In this document: positions 14,361 through 28,800 of the stretch, piece by piece
Numbering within the stretch: the first letter of the stretch is position 1
How the letters are laid out: every line of letters begins with the position of its first letter
DNA from: Eledone cirrhosa
Lineage: Eukaryota
DNA: 64,000 nt
Assembly: GCA_964016885.1 (NCBI GenBank)
Contig: CAXHJY010001571.1
Coordinates: 175,792-239,791 of the forward strand
Reading direction: 5' to 3'
Made by a program: the position numbers and the translations under genes
The notes under the pieces: generated by a model
Seen by the model: the letters and a program-made list of their open reading frames with translations, nothing else
The model's database searches: none
What the model was told of the DNA's origin: nothing

Positions 14361-17300
14361 TTGAGAGTTGGCTGTTTGAACGCGCGTGGCCTGGGCTCAG
14401 CTTGGAAGCAAGCAAAGCTTCTAAGTGACCTCAGGTCACAAAGTATAGATGTGATGGTTGTTTGCGAGAGTCGGATCAGCAGCGTGAGACAGCTGGCGCC
14501 CGCCTTCGATGACTTTGAGATGCACGCATCTCTCTGTCAACCCGGAGGCGGGGGGGGGGGAGTTGCCGTACTGCTGGATAAACGTCTGACTCTCGACGTA
14601 CAGATTGTTCACTCGGACCCGGGGGGTCGATTACTGGTGCTGGACGTCGGAGGCGGTGAAGGCGGGGCTTTCAGACTGGTCGGTCTTTATGCTCCCTTCG
14701 GGGCGGAAAGAGCCGACTTCTTCCAGCGTCTGGAGACTTTTCTAGGAACGTCGCGTTCCCTGCTTTTAGTGGGGGACTGGAATGGAATCCTAGATGCGCG
14801 TTGGGACTATGCAGGGGCATGTCCCGATAGAGGGGGTGTAGCAGCATCAAGGGGTTACTCGATCGATTCGACCTGGTCGATAGATTTCGACTAGATTGTC
14901 CAACTGCGCCAACCTGGACCTGGGCAAACCGCAGTGGACAATCTAGATCGTACCTAGATAGGTTTTTGGTTAGGAGTAAGGATAGGGACGTATTTAGTTG
15001 TCCAGAACTGATCATGGTTGGCTATTCAGATCACAAATTAGTGACCTGCGTGGTCAACCTTGATAGAACGCATAGACAGGGTCCCGGTTACTGGAAGATG
15101 AACTTGTCCTTGCCGACAAAGAAAGATTACAGAAACCGGATTAGTAGCTTAGTTAAGATGCGGTTGACGGGAGCGATCGTCAACAGTAGGTGGTGGGTAT
15201 CTCTAAAGAGAGAGATTAGAGTAAGTTCGATAGGTTACAGTAAGGAACTAGCGGCAAATAGAAATAGGAAGGAAAGGGAGTTAACAGATAAACTAGAAGA
15301 GGCGATTAGGAGCGGAGACGTAGCCAGAGTGTTAGCGGCGAGAACGGCGTTGAGCCAGTTCTTTGACGCGAAGCACGAAGGCTGCGTTGTCCGAAGTAAA
15401 ATACGTGCTTTAGGAAACGAGGGGACCAAAGCTGTTAGCTGGGCCCGCGTGACAAAAGCCAAGAGTGGGATTAAATCCACCATCCGGTCTTTGCGAGACC
15501 AGGATGGACGGGTGATCCTTGAACCTGAGCGGATGTGCGAGGCCTTTCAAAGGCACTTTGCTCGACTGTTCGGAGGGGGCGGGGGGCCGGACGGGGATGT
15601 GGACTTCGGTCCATACCTCGACGGTCTACCGCGTCTTTCGAGCGGCGAAGCGGAGTGCTGCGAAAGGCCAATCACAGCCACTGAAATCGGGGAAGCGCTC
15701 AGCCAATGCAGCAGACGCAAATCTCCGGGTCTCGATGGTCTACCATACGAACTTTATTTAGCTATGCCGGTCTTGTTCTCCGAACTCCTCGAGGCTGTCT
15801 ATTGCAACTGGCAACAGAACGGGAGAATTCCCTGTTCTGTGACCAAGGGCGTGGTCACGCTAGTGAGGAAGGACGAGAGCAAGGGGGACGACTTAAGTAA
15901 CTTTAGGCCCATAACTCTGCTGAATGCAGAGTTACAGATTTTGGCCAAGGTGTTGGCGAAGAGGTTGGCGCTTGTGGTGGGTGGTTTGGTGGGAGACGCG
16001 CAGACATGCGCTATCCCGTCCAGGTCCATTCACGACAACCTCCACCTCATGCGATACATCATAGAGAGGGTTGGCAACGAACCTGGCTTTGGTGGGGCCC
16101 TGATCAACTTGGATCAATCTAAGGCGTTCGATAGGGTCGACCATGGTTACCTGGATGCGGTGGTAGCGGCGGCGGGCTTCGGACCCGTTTTCAGGGGCTG
16201 GATTTCTGCCATGCACAGTGGCAACATCTACTCTAGGATTAAAGTAAACGGCTACCTCTCGGAGCCGTTTCAAATCACCCGGTCCATCAGGCAGGGGTGC
16301 CCCCTCTCCTCCCTTCTGTACGTATTGACTCTCGAGCCACTGCTGCGAAAGTTGGAGTTGCTGCGGGGCATACCCCTGGAACCGGGATTGCACAAAGCGG
16401 TCTCGGCCTATGCCGACGACGTAACAGTAATGGTGGCGGACGCCTCGGAAATCGGGGCGATCGCCACCCTACTGGGGGAATACGAAAGGCTGACGGGGGC
16501 TAGGCTGAACCAGGACAAGTCAGTCGGTTTGCAACTCGGAACGTGGAGGGGCAAACCGATGCCGTTAGACGGTGTCGTCGGGCGGTGGACGGAGGGCCCG
16601 GTGAAGCTGCTCGGGGTCTGGTTCGGACCGGACCTCCAGGTGGAGAAGAATTGGGGCGAGGTGACGAGCAGGGTGTTTGCGCTGACCCAGAAGTGGGCCA
16701 AGTGCAAACTATCACTGAAAGGTCGGGCGGAGGTGACGAACGCTTACATAGCGTCCGTCATCTACTACCGCCTGACCGTCGTGCCTTGCCCCAAGGAAAA
16801 GCTCACCATCATGGAACGCATGCTCTTCCAGTTCCTCTGGAAGAAGCGGCCTCCCATGGTGAGGAGATCCATCTGCTGCCAGCACCCTTCGAAAGGAGGG
16901 CTGGGTATGCCGTGGCTGTTGATGCGTAGGCACGCATTGAGGCTACGGCATCTACAGGTATTCCTCAACGGTCAGCCGGTGTGGGCCCCGTTTGTGAGGC
17001 GAGCCTTCCCACAGCTCGTCTCGCTCACCGAACTGCAATCCTGGGTGAAGCAAAGACCGAGAAAACTGGGCAACTGGCACACGGAGTGTGCCCAGGCGCT
17101 CACGGCTATCTGGCAAGCGGACCCGACTATCAGTGGAGAATCCACCTCGACATTCTATAGAGGGTTGGTGGCTAGCAAGGGCGACGACACTCTTGGAGAG
17201 TCGCTAGGCATGGAGGAAGACGAACTGGCCAGCCTGTTCGGTAGAACTTTCGGCCCGGGACCCATGGACAACTTCCAGAGGTCCCTAGCCTGGCAGTGTT

Positions 17301-17794
17301 ACCGGGGGGCTCTGCCCGTTCGAGAAAAGCTCTACAGACACGGGCGCCCGGGCAGAGATCCCGCGAAAAAGATCTGTCCCAGATGCGTGCGCGACGAGGA
17401 AACCGTTGCGCCGCATGCACTGGTACACTGCCCGGGCGTTGCCGATCTGTGGGGCTACGTCGAACGACTGCTGTCGCGTGTGGCGCCGATTCGATTAACC
17501 GCCGAGTCTGTGGTGAACATCAAGCCGCCTCCTCCCTTCAGAAATGAAGCAGAGGCGGTCTTTCTGTGCGTAATAGCCATGATGAAAGAGGTTGTCTGGT
17601 GGACGCGCCTGAAAGGTCTGAGGTCGGGTGACTTTCTCTCCGGCCATCACCTGGTTTACTTCTTCCGATACCACTTCGGAAGAAGGATCAGGATGGAGAG
17701 AGAAGTGCTTGGCCCCAGACAGTTTTATGAAAGGTGGGTGAAAGAAGCGAGAATGGCCCGTGTAAATGGGCCTTCTCTCTACATTGTTCTGTAG
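14361..17794 (+). pseudogene. ORF2 of Tx1-like copy 2 (APE + RT), nearly intact with a frameshift near 14.85 kb
   Basis: APE motifs in 14361-14894. The 942-aa ORF has FRPITLLN, LDQSKAFDRV, RQGCPLS, YADD and CPRC..HALVHC. Confidence 0.95.
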
Positions 17795-18710
17795 TTGAAG
17801 AAGTGAAGAGGAAAGGGGGAGCGCCTCCTCTCTGGGCTTCCCCCGCGAAAAGAGTTGCACACTTTTCGGGGGTATGTGCAATCCCCAACACGCCCCCTCC
17901 CTTTTGAGGACTTTTTATTGTTATATTATTATTGTTATTCCTTTTTTCTTTACTCGATTTATGTAAACTCCCCCACTGTGTAAATGTCCCCTTCTTTTGT
18001 GCCCTCGTGGCAAATAAATAGAAATTTATCTATCTATCTATCTATCTATTTATATATCTATTTTAGAGACATTTAACAGAAAAGAGAAAACTGCATATTA
18101 CGGGAGGGGAGCACATTTTCAATTAATAACAGATACACACAGACACACACACACACATATATATATATATGCACACGCACGCAATCATACACACATGCCC
18201 ACAAACACACACACATATTTATGCCTATTTGTACGTATTGATGTGTGTTTACGTGCTATATCGATGTATATCGATCGAGGTGTCGATTAACAATCGATCG
18301 TGTCATAATCGATCGGTAAACGATATATAAAGCTGGCTTGAAGCCAAACGTTTGAGAAAGTCTTTGGTGAAATTACAATCTGTAAAACGTGGCTAATCCC
18401 GATTCCCTGTATTTTCGCTGTATTCTATGCAAAGACTCAATTCTGCTGCACACACTATAAACATATCGACTTCACCAACATCAATACCATTACGTGATTT
18501 CTGCAATGGATTGCTGCAATACTGTCTCATTTTACTAAATAGAGAGAACGTGTATGATGCTGTTGTTATTACTATTGTTTAGCTCCTGGTAAAACCTAAT
18601 CGGACAGAATATGATCAATGAAAGACATCCCAGCTACGACAAGAGCTTTTTTCTCATGTGCGGTTAAATGAAGTCTCTTTAACACACTATACTACATATA
18701 TAAGTACCTA

Positions 18711-18745
<35 letters not shown>

Positions 18746-18858
18746 ATAATATAATGCAACTCACCCGTCTTCGTTTGTGTTTTTGGTGGTGCGAGTACGG
18801 AGTTAATTATTATAAAATAACAGGAGGCTGGACTGGTGTAATTTCTTAAAGGTTTATT

Positions 18859-18916
18859 ATACTATGAACATTTCAATGACCAGGTTCAGTATGAATCCGG
18901 TGACATCATCAGGTAT
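18859..18916 (-). ncRNA. Type I hammerhead ribozyme motif
   Basis: Minus strand reads ATAC-CTGATGA-[ACCGG..TTCA/TGAA..CTGGT]-GAAA-T gttc A-TA-GTAT. Stem I is ATAC/GTAT and the cleavage triplet is AUA. Confidence 0.7.
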
Positions 18917-19660
18917 TCCGAAATTTAACAAAGGAATATAATAGACACAATCCAAAGAGCTGAAAGATGCCCAAGACGAGAAACCGGCGAAAAAACTAGC
19001 AGTTGCCAGTCCGCGTGGCCGCCTTCAAGTGAGGGGGACTACTTAGTCTAGTCATGTCGTTCTGGTAAATGGCCGTAAGCTTATAGGGCACTACTACCTC
19101 ACCGTCATGGACAGAGGCTAGCGGTGGGATCAGGTTACATAGAAGTTAGTCAGAAGTGCTAAAAAGTGCTAAGAAATATATTAAAAAGGAATATATATAT
19201 ATCTTTAACAAAAATGTATATAGTGGGCCCCTGTACAGTAGATGTTGCATTGTAGGGTCAGAAATTACGATTAAAGATTAGAAATGTAAAATTTATGTTT
19301 AGAATTAAAAGATATAATTTAAGATAAGATTAGAAAAGTAAGATTTAGGTTGAAAGTTGGGAGATGAGAAAATAATCATTTATAGATTGGAAGACTGTTA
19401 TTTAGGCACGTATCGATTCAGATCGTTTTCAAAATAATTGGGCAGCCTTAATTAAATTTTCAGTACCCACCATGTAGTTTCAAAGAATTTACGGAAGGAA
19501 TCATTTATAAAAAGGTTAAATGTATTATTGATAGTCATAAGAAGGTTTCAAGGTAGAATATAAAGTTAGGATTGAGATTAAAAAGTAAGATTAAGGCCAA
19601 GTTTAAAAGTAGCGTTTATTATATATATATATGTATAACACTTCTCACGACCCTTCTTCG

Positions 19661-20029
<369 letters not shown>

Positions 20030-20035
<6 letters not shown>

Positions 20036-20750
20036 TGTATACGTACATACATATATGTATACTGACGTACAGTAGTATGTATATATATATACATACATGC
20101 ACACACATATATATATATATATATATATGTACGTATAGATCTACCGAACATTTATTATAATGATAGGTTTGTTTGTAAACAAACATCCCGAATTAACCCG
20201 TACAGTGTTTAGCAACCATCGTTGCACTTTTGTTCAACACTGACAAAGGAACGATGTACTAGATTCAAGCTTATTAGCTATCGTCAGCACCGTATACCTT
20301 CCTGCCAGATGATTGAACGTCTGAAAGTATATACTTTCCTTATGCATATTAACGGCTGAGCAGCCTAATTTGCATATCGAGTGAGTTAATCGGCCGGGCG
20401 CACCGAAAACGATAAACGGAAAAAATGAAACGAAATTTCATTTCCCACTCTTAGTACGGCTGTTACTTAAATATAAGTATGTATACGTACATACATATAT
20501 GTATACAGACGTACAGTAGTATGTATATATATATATACATACATGCACACATATGTACGTATGGATTTACCGAACATTTATTATAATGCTCGGTGTGTTT
20601 GTAAACAAACATCCCGAATTAAGCCGTACGGTGCACCCGGCCGCCGATTAACTCAGTCGATATGCAAATTAGGCTGCTCAGCCGTTAATATGCATAAGGA
20701 AAGTATATACTTTCAGACGTTCAATCATCTGGCTGGAAGGTATACGGTGT
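20030..20750 (-). mobile_element. Family B hammerhead-bearing element: ~440-bp unit + partial tandem copy + inverted piece
   Basis: The tandem copy restarts near 20470. 20630-20750 is the reverse complement of ~20288-20405. A minimal HHR lies at 20251-20293 (GAAA mutated to GAAT). Confidence 0.8.
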
Positions 20751-20947
20751 CGCGTCGAAACGGCTTGAGCTCTGCCGTCGGGGTCATACTTTTTCTTATA
20801 TATATATATTTATAAAAATAACAGATTAAAGTTTAAGCAAAGAATCGATGCTTTCACCCTTAACGGGATCTATGGTTCTTATAAACTTGATATATATTTA
20901 TCCTTATCGAGCCCTCTTTGGGTTTTAGTCTTCAAATTTCTTATTAT

Positions 20948-21042
<95 letters not shown>

Positions 21043-21315
21043 CACATATTTATATACATATATACACCCACAGACATATATAAAGATGCATCAATCTGTC
21101 AGAGAATTGTAAAAGATAGAATTTAGAGCAAATATAAATTACTATAATGTAATGTAGACTAACCGAATTAAAGACAACTCCAGGCACTTACATTGGAGTA
21201 AAAATAAATTATACCGCTAAAATATGTTTATTTTTGAATATTTATGTAATGTTGACACTTTATTCTATATGCCTCTAGCTGTAATTAGTAATTCAGATTG
21301 ACAACAGTACATTAC

Positions 21316-21395
<80 letters not shown>

Positions 21396-21488
21396 TTTGT
21401 ATGTATATATATGTATGTTTGTATGTATATATATGTATATATATATGTATATATATAAATATATGTATACATATGTATATATATGTGT

Positions 21489-21525
<37 letters not shown>

Positions 21526-21529
21526 TATT

Positions 21530-21703
21530 TTTATTTTATAGAAGGAGCTTCTACAGGACTAGTACTGTTTCATTCAAATTTCATCTGAATGAAACAGTAC
21601 TAGTCCTGTAGAAGCTCCTTCTATAAAATAAAAAAAATTTACTCTGCCATGTATTGAGTACCTTACTTACTGTGGTTATCCCCGACTCAACCCGGGACCT
21701 ACG
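21530..21703 (+). mobile_element. Family C palindromic small element (half-hammerhead) in (TA)n
   Basis: AGAAGGAGCTTCTACAGGACTAGTACTGTTTCATTCA and its reverse complement TGAATGAAACAGTACTAGTCCTGTAGAAGCTCCTTCT. Homologous to 51066-51250. Confidence 0.8.
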
Positions 21704-21734
<31 letters not shown>

Positions 21735-21752
21735 ATGTATATATATATATAT

Positions 21753-21789
<37 letters not shown>

Positions 21790-21854
21790 TGTATACATAT
21801 ATATTTTTGTATATAAGTATATATGTACACACATACATATATATATATACACAC

Positions 21855-21915
<61 letters not shown>

Positions 21916-22089
21916 TGTAATAAACAACATAAGGCAATTATTCCATTTACCAGTGGTTTCTTAAAAGCAAAAAATTTTGCTTTCAATCATCAGAATGAAA
22001 GAGTCCTGGTCATCCATATATATATATATCATATATATATATATAAATCCTGGTCATCCATATATATACATATATCATATATATATCAT

Positions 22090-22164
<75 letters not shown>

Positions 22165-22649
22165 TGGATGTATACATGTATGTGTGTTTGTGTGTATGTG
22201 TATACAATATACGTATATATCCAATTTGATTGTGTTTGTTCGTCAAAGAAGAGAAAGCACACACATAAATGAAGAACTCAACACAATAGTAATCTAGTAG
22301 AGTATAATATGCTTTATGTATTTGGTTCTGACAACGGAATCGATTTTCTCTCCTGCAAAGAACTGATTATATTTCTGTGGATAAAGAAACGTTGTTAAAA
22401 ATGGCAGAATTATTTGTAATGAGGGCCTTGAGTTAATCTGTTAGCACGAGTTATTTATCAATACTTTGTCCTACAAAATAAGCAAGCCAGGGTTTCTAGA
22501 AAGGGCTTGTTTCGGTCACGATTGTCACTGTGTTTTGCACGATATTTTGTAGAAAACCAGCAGCACTTGATGAAATATGAGCCTTCTCCACGACACTTCA
22601 AGGGAAACTACGATAGATTATAGTACCAGCATCGTAACAACTCATTTTT

Positions 22650-22755
22650 ATTTCAACTGAGTGGACAATGTAAAATAAAGTAAATTACTTAAGGGCAAAA
22701 CGTTCTACTCTGTTCCAGAATCAAACTAACGATCGTTGGCCCAACACTCTAGTCA
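22650..22755 (-). mobile_element. Highly degenerate CORE-like SINE fragment
   Basis: Reverse complement loosely resembles 5829-5945 (CCCTTAAGTAA..ACTTTATTTTACATTGTCCACTCAG). Confidence 0.35.
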
Positions 22756-23392
22756 TGAAATGACAAACGTTTGTCTAATGGTGCAGAGGTTAGATAAATA
22801 CATAACTTATATATCTGGCTATTTGAATATAGGGTTAGTAAGTTATCCAACCATGTTGCTCAGGGTCTACTCCTGCTGGTTGGTTTTGACGGTAAAATCT
22901 GTCCAGCGATTCTTTACTGAGATATTCTAACCACATCCATGTGCTTGGCCGGTATCGCTTGGGGATTCAGCCGGATTAGTTGGAGACAGTTGGAAGGAGT
23001 GTTTGATGAATCTCCCCCCCCCCCCCCCCCCCCTGACCCTCTCAGGAATAAGTGGGCGAAGAAGAAGAATAAGAAAAAGAAGAAAAAGAAGGGTTTATAA
23101 GTATAGATGAGACGACGAAGAAAGAGGGAAGTGGAGAAATATGTTTGTAAAGAAAAAAATAATTATTATAAGGACTATGGTTAGATATTTGTGTAAAATA
23201 ATGATTGTTGTGGTGGCGATGAGTAACTTTCCGATATTTAACCCTGTAGGCACAAGTATTGAGCACAAATGCACCAGCTTATGGCAACTGACTATATGTA
23301 TACCCTCTCCCTATAAACCTTCTACTCTCTCACGATACTAAAATATTTTATATATATACATATATATATATATACCTATCTATGTATCTATT

Positions 23393-23500
23393 AATTTCGA
23401 TTGTTATAATTGTTTGTTTCAATATTTTTACACGACTGTATGTAAAATCCCCGACATGTATTGTCCCCTTCTATGGTGCGCCCTTGTGGCAAATAAAGAA

Positions 23501-23540
<40 letters not shown>
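23393..23540 (+). mobile_element. Orphan 3' end of a copy-1-type Tx1 element + (TATC)n
   Basis: Matches 12174-12290 (ATTTCGATTGTT..TACACGACTGTATGTAAAATCCCCG..GCCCTTGTGGC-AATAAAGAA). Confidence 0.9.
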
Positions 23541-23544
<4 letters not shown>

Positions 23545-23657
23545 GTGATAACATTTTACACGTTTTTATTGTATGTAAACTTCCCCCTTTGTATTTGTCC
23601 CCTTCTTTTGTGCCCCTGTGGCTAATAAAGAAATATATCTATCTATCTATCTATCTA

Positions 23658-23662
<5 letters not shown>
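23541..23662 (+). mobile_element. Orphan 3' end identical to the 3' end of copy 3 + (TATC)n
   Basis: Same sequence as 29441 onward (ATCTGTGATAACATTTTACACG...GCCCCTGTGGCTAATAAAGAAATATATCTATC). Confidence 0.93.
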
Positions 23663-23692
<30 letters not shown>

Positions 23693-23908
23693 GACGCGTG
23701 TCACTTCGCGGAGAAGTTTCCGTTAATTTATGTAAGAAAAAAACGTGAGTTTTTAGTTAAATTTTATATCATTGTGTAACTTGACCACCCGTCTGGACCT
23801 TCAGGTGGTGGGTCAACTCATTTTCGCCCCTTCAGGGGCGGAATATCCATTTAAAAAATTTTTCTCCATCGAATCTTGGAAAAAATATTGTAAAATTTTG
23901 ATTACGTT

Positions 23909-25825
23909 ATGAACGCTGCGTCCAACGATAATGGTGGTGGAGAGGCGGTAAGACTACAAAGCTCGCAGTCAACAATGTCTTCTTCACTAGATACTATAGA
24001 GATGGAAAGACAAAATGAATATAAAAAAACGAATTCATATCCAAACAACACAAATGACACCAAACAGTTCAATGACAACAAAAATAACAGCAAAACCAAT
24101 AATGATGATAAAAGCAACAATGATAACAACAACAAAGAAAAAAATAAAGACAACGCCAATAACACCAGCATCAAAGACAACAACAACACCAAGGAAAATA
24201 CGGATGATACCAACATCGGTGACAACAAGAATAACAACAACAATAACAACAATAATGACAACACCACCAATACGGATTCCACAAAGAAACCAAAAATCTC
24301 CTTTGCAGAGAAAGTTCAAAAGAAAGAACAATTGATATATCTCGACATAACAAATGCTGAACACCTTTTAAAGGACGCTAAGAGATATGTCACTTTCGAT
24401 AAAAATGGTGCTTTCAGCATCAATTCTCCGGTAGAAATTCGCAAGGAAACTGCTCTCAAAACGATAGTTTTTAGGACAGTTTCCAATTCTACCCGAAAAC
24501 CAGTCCAATTGTCACAGAAAGATATTGAACTGGTTTTCAAAAATTCAATGAATGATATTGCATTCATTCAAAGAAGCAAACTTTTTGGGAGTATTTCGGT
24601 ACTCATGAAGGATCAATTGACGGCCCTAAATTACTCTGTGTCGCCAATTGTATCCAACCTGTACACATTTTTCCCTACATACATGGGAAAAAGGACACAA
24701 AAGATCAGAATCACAAGTGTCACACCAAAGGTGAGCATATGGTGGATACTGTGCGGCTTCATCAATTTTGATGAAGACAGAATACTGTCAGTAGGAAAGT
24801 CCCCCAGAGATGTATTCAATGGGACTAGCATTGAAGTTCTGGTGCAAATGAGCCCAGAGCGAATAGCTATGATCCCACAGTGTGTACTCCTGGACGGACT
24901 CACCTACATAAACCTTTCGGTTGAGGGTAGGCGGCCTTCATGTTACCATTACTTTAGCAGGGGTCACCTGAGGGCTTCCTGTCCTAAACTAATGAACCAA
25001 AAAAAGGCTCTTCTGCCGACACCCATCAAAACAACACAAGCACCAACACCACCACAACAACAACAACACCAACACACAAAAATAACCACAACAAACACAG
25101 TCCCACCCAACCCCACTCCACCTAAAACCACTGCAAAATCACATACAGACACAACAGCTCCCCAAGACATACACCTCCCCAATCACACAGACGATACAAC
25201 AGATGAGGCTATCTCGCCATCACCCAGTGAAGACGAGGGAGAACCCCATCGCTCGAAAAGAAAGAAAAGACATCACAAAAGCAAAAAACCAGCAAACACT
25301 ACCACAAACATACAACCACCAACACAAACAACAAAAATATCACAAACAAAACCCCCACCTCCTGAAAACAAAATACCTACAACAAAACGAAAGCACACAC
25401 AAGAACTACAGACAAAAACAAACACAACACAAGAAAATTACACTTACATTTACATAAACACTGAAAACAAAACACTAATGGAGACCATCACGAACGACCC
25501 TTCGGTTTTCACCGAAGGGAAAACTTTCGCCCACTCTATAAAAAATAGCAAAAAACTGAACCTAAAACTGATTAGGGTCCCTATACAAACTTATAGGTCC
25601 CTAAAAGAAACATTTGAGAAGGATGTGGGGAATTCCTGCGTGAAACCACTCAACCGCGTCCTTCTCAAATGCCTCCCCACCCCAGACACCCCCATCCCAC
25701 CAGACCCCACCCCACCAAACATCTGCGTCCCCACCCCGACGGAAACCACCACCCATCCAGACAACCCCTCCAACACCCCCATGGATGTCGTGCGGCCTGG
25801 TCCCCAGGAGGCGAAGGGTGAGTGA
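23909..25825 (+). CDS. ORF1 of Tx1-like copy 3, open 638-aa gag-like protein
   Basis: Uninterrupted ORF with an Asn-rich N-terminus. The conserved core is shared with copies 1 and 2. The knuckle CYHYFSRGHLRASC has a C-to-Y change. Confidence 0.85.
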   Translation: MNAASNDNGGGEAVRLQSSQSTMSSSLDTIEMERQNEYKKTNSYPNNTNDTKQFNDNKNNSKTNNDDKSNNDNNNKEKNKDNANNTSIKDNNNTKENTDDTNIGDNKNNNNNNNNNDNTTNTDSTKKPKISFAEKVQKKEQLIYLDITNAEHLLKDAKRYVTFDKNGAFSINSPVEIRKETALKTIVFRTVSNSTRKPVQLSQKDIELVFKNSMNDIAFIQRSKLFGSISVLMKDQLTALNYSVSPIVSNLYTFFPTYMGKRTQKIRITSVTPKVSIWWILCGFINFDEDRILSVGKSPRDVFNGTSIEVLVQMSPERIAMIPQCVLLDGLTYINLSVEGRRPSCYHYFSRGHLRASCPKLMNQKKALLPTPIKTTQAPTPPQQQQHQHTKITTTNTVPPNPTPPKTTAKSHTDTTAPQDIHLPNHTDDTTDEAISPSPSEDEGEPHRSKRKKRHHKSKKPANTTTNIQPPTQTTKISQTKPPPPENKIPTTKRKHTQELQTKTNTTQENYTYIYINTENKTLMETITNDPSVFTEGKTFAHSIKNSKKLNLKLIRVPIQTYRSLKETFEKDVGNSCVKPLNRVLLKCLPTPDTPIPPDPTPPNICVPTPTETTTHPDNPSNTPMDVVRPGPQEAKGE

Positions 25826-25858
25826 TCTCTTTTCCTCTTTTAACTTTTCAGCACCAAC

Positions 25859-28800
25859 ATGGCCGATATAAGAGTTGGATGTGTGAACGTACGCGGCCTG
25901 GGGATGCCCTTGAAACAGGGCAAACTCTTAAACGACCTCAGGTCGCACAGTATGGATGTGGTAGCCATTTGCGAGTCCAGGATCCACGGCGAGCGACAGC
26001 TGGCCCCCATCTTCGATGACTTTGAGATCTACGCATCTCTCTATCAACCGGGGGGTGGGGGCGGAGTTGCCGTTTTGCTGCGGAAACACCTGGGCCTCGT
26101 AACACAGATGGTACATCTGGACCCGGAGGGTCGACTGGTGGTCCTAGACGTTGACGGTAGTGAAGGTGGAGCCTTCAGGCTGGTGGCCGCATATGCCCCA
26201 TCCGGGACACCGCGGCCAGACTTCTTCAAACGTCTAGAGACTTTTCTGGGAACGTCCCGCTCCTTGCTTTTAATGGGGGACTGGAATGGAATCCTAGATG
26301 CACGTTGGGACTATGTGGGAGCATGTCCCGATAAAGGGGGGTGTAACAGCCTCAAACAGTTAATCGACCGATTTGACCTGGCCGATAGATATCGACTAGA
26401 TTTTCCGACTGCGCCACTGTGGACGTGGAGTAATCGTAGCGGAACATCTAGATCGTACCTAGATAGGGTTCTAGTTAGAAATAAGGATAGGGACATGTTA
26501 AGCTGTCCACAAATGTTCATGGTTGCCTATTCAGATCACAAACTAGTGACCTGCATGGCCAACCTTGATAGAACCCATAGACAAGGACCCGGCTACTGGA
26601 AGCTGAACTTGTCGTTACCGACAAGCAAAGCCTACAGTAGACGGATTAGCACTTTAGTTAAACAGCACTTGACAGGGGCCATTGTCAACAACAGATGGTG
26701 GTACTCTCTCAAGAGGGCAGTTAGATTAGACTCGATAGTTTTTAGTAAAGAATTAGCGTTAGATAGAAATAGAAACGGAAGGAACTGGTAGATAAAGTAG
26801 AAGAGGCAATTAGAAGTGGCAACATAGCCAGCTTGCTAGCAATGAGAATGGCCTTGGACCAGTTCTTCGACGCAAAGCACGAGGGCTGCGTTGTCAGAAG
26901 CAAAATACGTGCTCTGGGAAACGAGGCAGCCAAAGCTGTTAGCTGGGCCCGAGTGACGGAGGCAAAAAGTGGCAACAAGTCCACGATTCGGTCTTTGAAG
27001 GACCAAAACGGACGCGTGATACGTGAGCCGAAGCAGATGTGTGCGGCTTTTCAGCGGCACTTTGCTCGGTTGTTCGGAGGGAGCGGCGCGCCGGGAGAGG
27101 CTATGGATTTCGGTCCATACCTCGACGGCCTACCGCGACTCTCGGACAGCGAGGCAAAGTTCTGCGAAAAGCCGATTTCAGCCACTGAGATAGGGGACGC
27201 GCTGAGCCAATGCGGCAAACGCAAATCTCCAGGTCTCGACGGTCTACCCTACGAATTTTACGTAGCAATGCCGGACTTATTCTCCGGTCTCCTGGAAGCG
27301 GTCTACTGCAACTGGCAACAGAACGGGAGAATTCCCAGTTCTGTAACCGGGGGCGTGGTCACACTAATCAGGAAGGACGAGAATAAGGGGGATGACATAG
27401 GCAACTTCCGGCCCATAACTCTGCTAAACACAGAGTTACAGATTTTGGCCAAGGTGTTGGCAAAGAGGCTGGCGCTTGTCGTCGAGAACCTGGTGGGAGA
27501 AGCGCAGACATGCGCAATCCCGACCAGGTCCATACACGACAACCTCCACATCATGCGATACATCATAGAGAGGGTAGGGTGTAAACCCGGCTTCGGTGGG
27601 GCCCTGATCAACTTGGATCAGTCTAAGGCTTTCGATAGGGTTGACCATCGTTACCTGGATGCGCTGCTCGAGGCGGCAGGCTTCGGACCCGTGTTTAGGG
27701 GCTGGATCGCTGCAATGCACAACAGCAACATCTGCTCAAGGGTCAAGGTGAACGGCTACCTCTCGGAGCCATTCCATATTACGCGATCCATTCGACAGGG
27801 ATGCCTTCTCTCCTCCCTTCTGTATGTACTGACTCTCGAGCCACTACTGCGGAAGCTGGAGCTATTGCAGGGCATCCCTCTGGAACCGGGACTGCGGAAA
27901 GCGGCGTCGGCCTACGCCGACGACGTGACAATAATGGTGTCGAGCGCCTCGCAAATCGAGGAAGTCGGCACCTTACTGAAGGAATACGAAAGTCTCACAG
28001 GAGCGAAGCTGAACCGGGACAAGTACATCGGTTTGCAACTCGGATCGTGGAGAGGCGGACCGATGCCTTCCGATGGCGTCGTCGGACGCTGGACGGAAGG
28101 ACCGGTAAAGCTGCTCGGGGTCTGGTTTGGTCCGGACCTCCAGGTTGGAGAAGAACTGGAACGAAGTGACGGCCAAGGTGTTTGCACTCACCCAGAAGTG
28201 GGCCGAGTGCAAACTATCCTTGAAAGGTCGAGTGGAGGTGGCGAACATTTTATAGCGTCCGCCATCTACTACCGCTTGACCGTCGTGCCTTGTCCAGCCA
28301 ACACGCTCGCCAAAATGGAGCGCGCGTTGTTCCGATTCCTTTGGAAGAGGCGGGCTCCTTTGGTGAGAAGATCCATCTGCTGCCAACACCCTTCTAACGG
28401 AGGGCTGGGGATGCCGTGGTTGACGATGCGCAAACACGCGCTCAGGCTGCGGCATCTCTACGTATTCCTCACCGGACAACTGGTGTGGGCCCCGTTCGTG
28501 AGGCGAGCCTTCCCACGACTCGTCTCGCTGACCGAGCTGCAGTCCTGGGTCAAGCAAAGACCGAGGAAAATGGGCGACTGGCACATCGAATGTGCTCAGG
28601 CGCTCACAGCCCTCTGGCAGGCGGACCCGGCGATCAGTGGAGACTCCACTTCGTCATTCTATAGAGGGTTAGTCCGCAGAAAGTGCGACGACGCGCTCGG
28701 TGAAACTCTAGGCGTAGAGGAAGATGAACTGGCCAGTCTGTTCGGTAGGACCTTCCGCCCGGGACCGATGGACAACTTCCAAAAGTCCCTGGCCTGGCAG

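Larger units (their letters stand above)
12316..18049 (+). mobile_element. Tx1-like non-LTR retrotransposon, copy 2, in tandem directly behind copy 1
   Basis: Starts immediately after the (TATC)n tail of copy 1. Ends AATAAA + (TATC)n at 18013-18049. Confidence 0.95.
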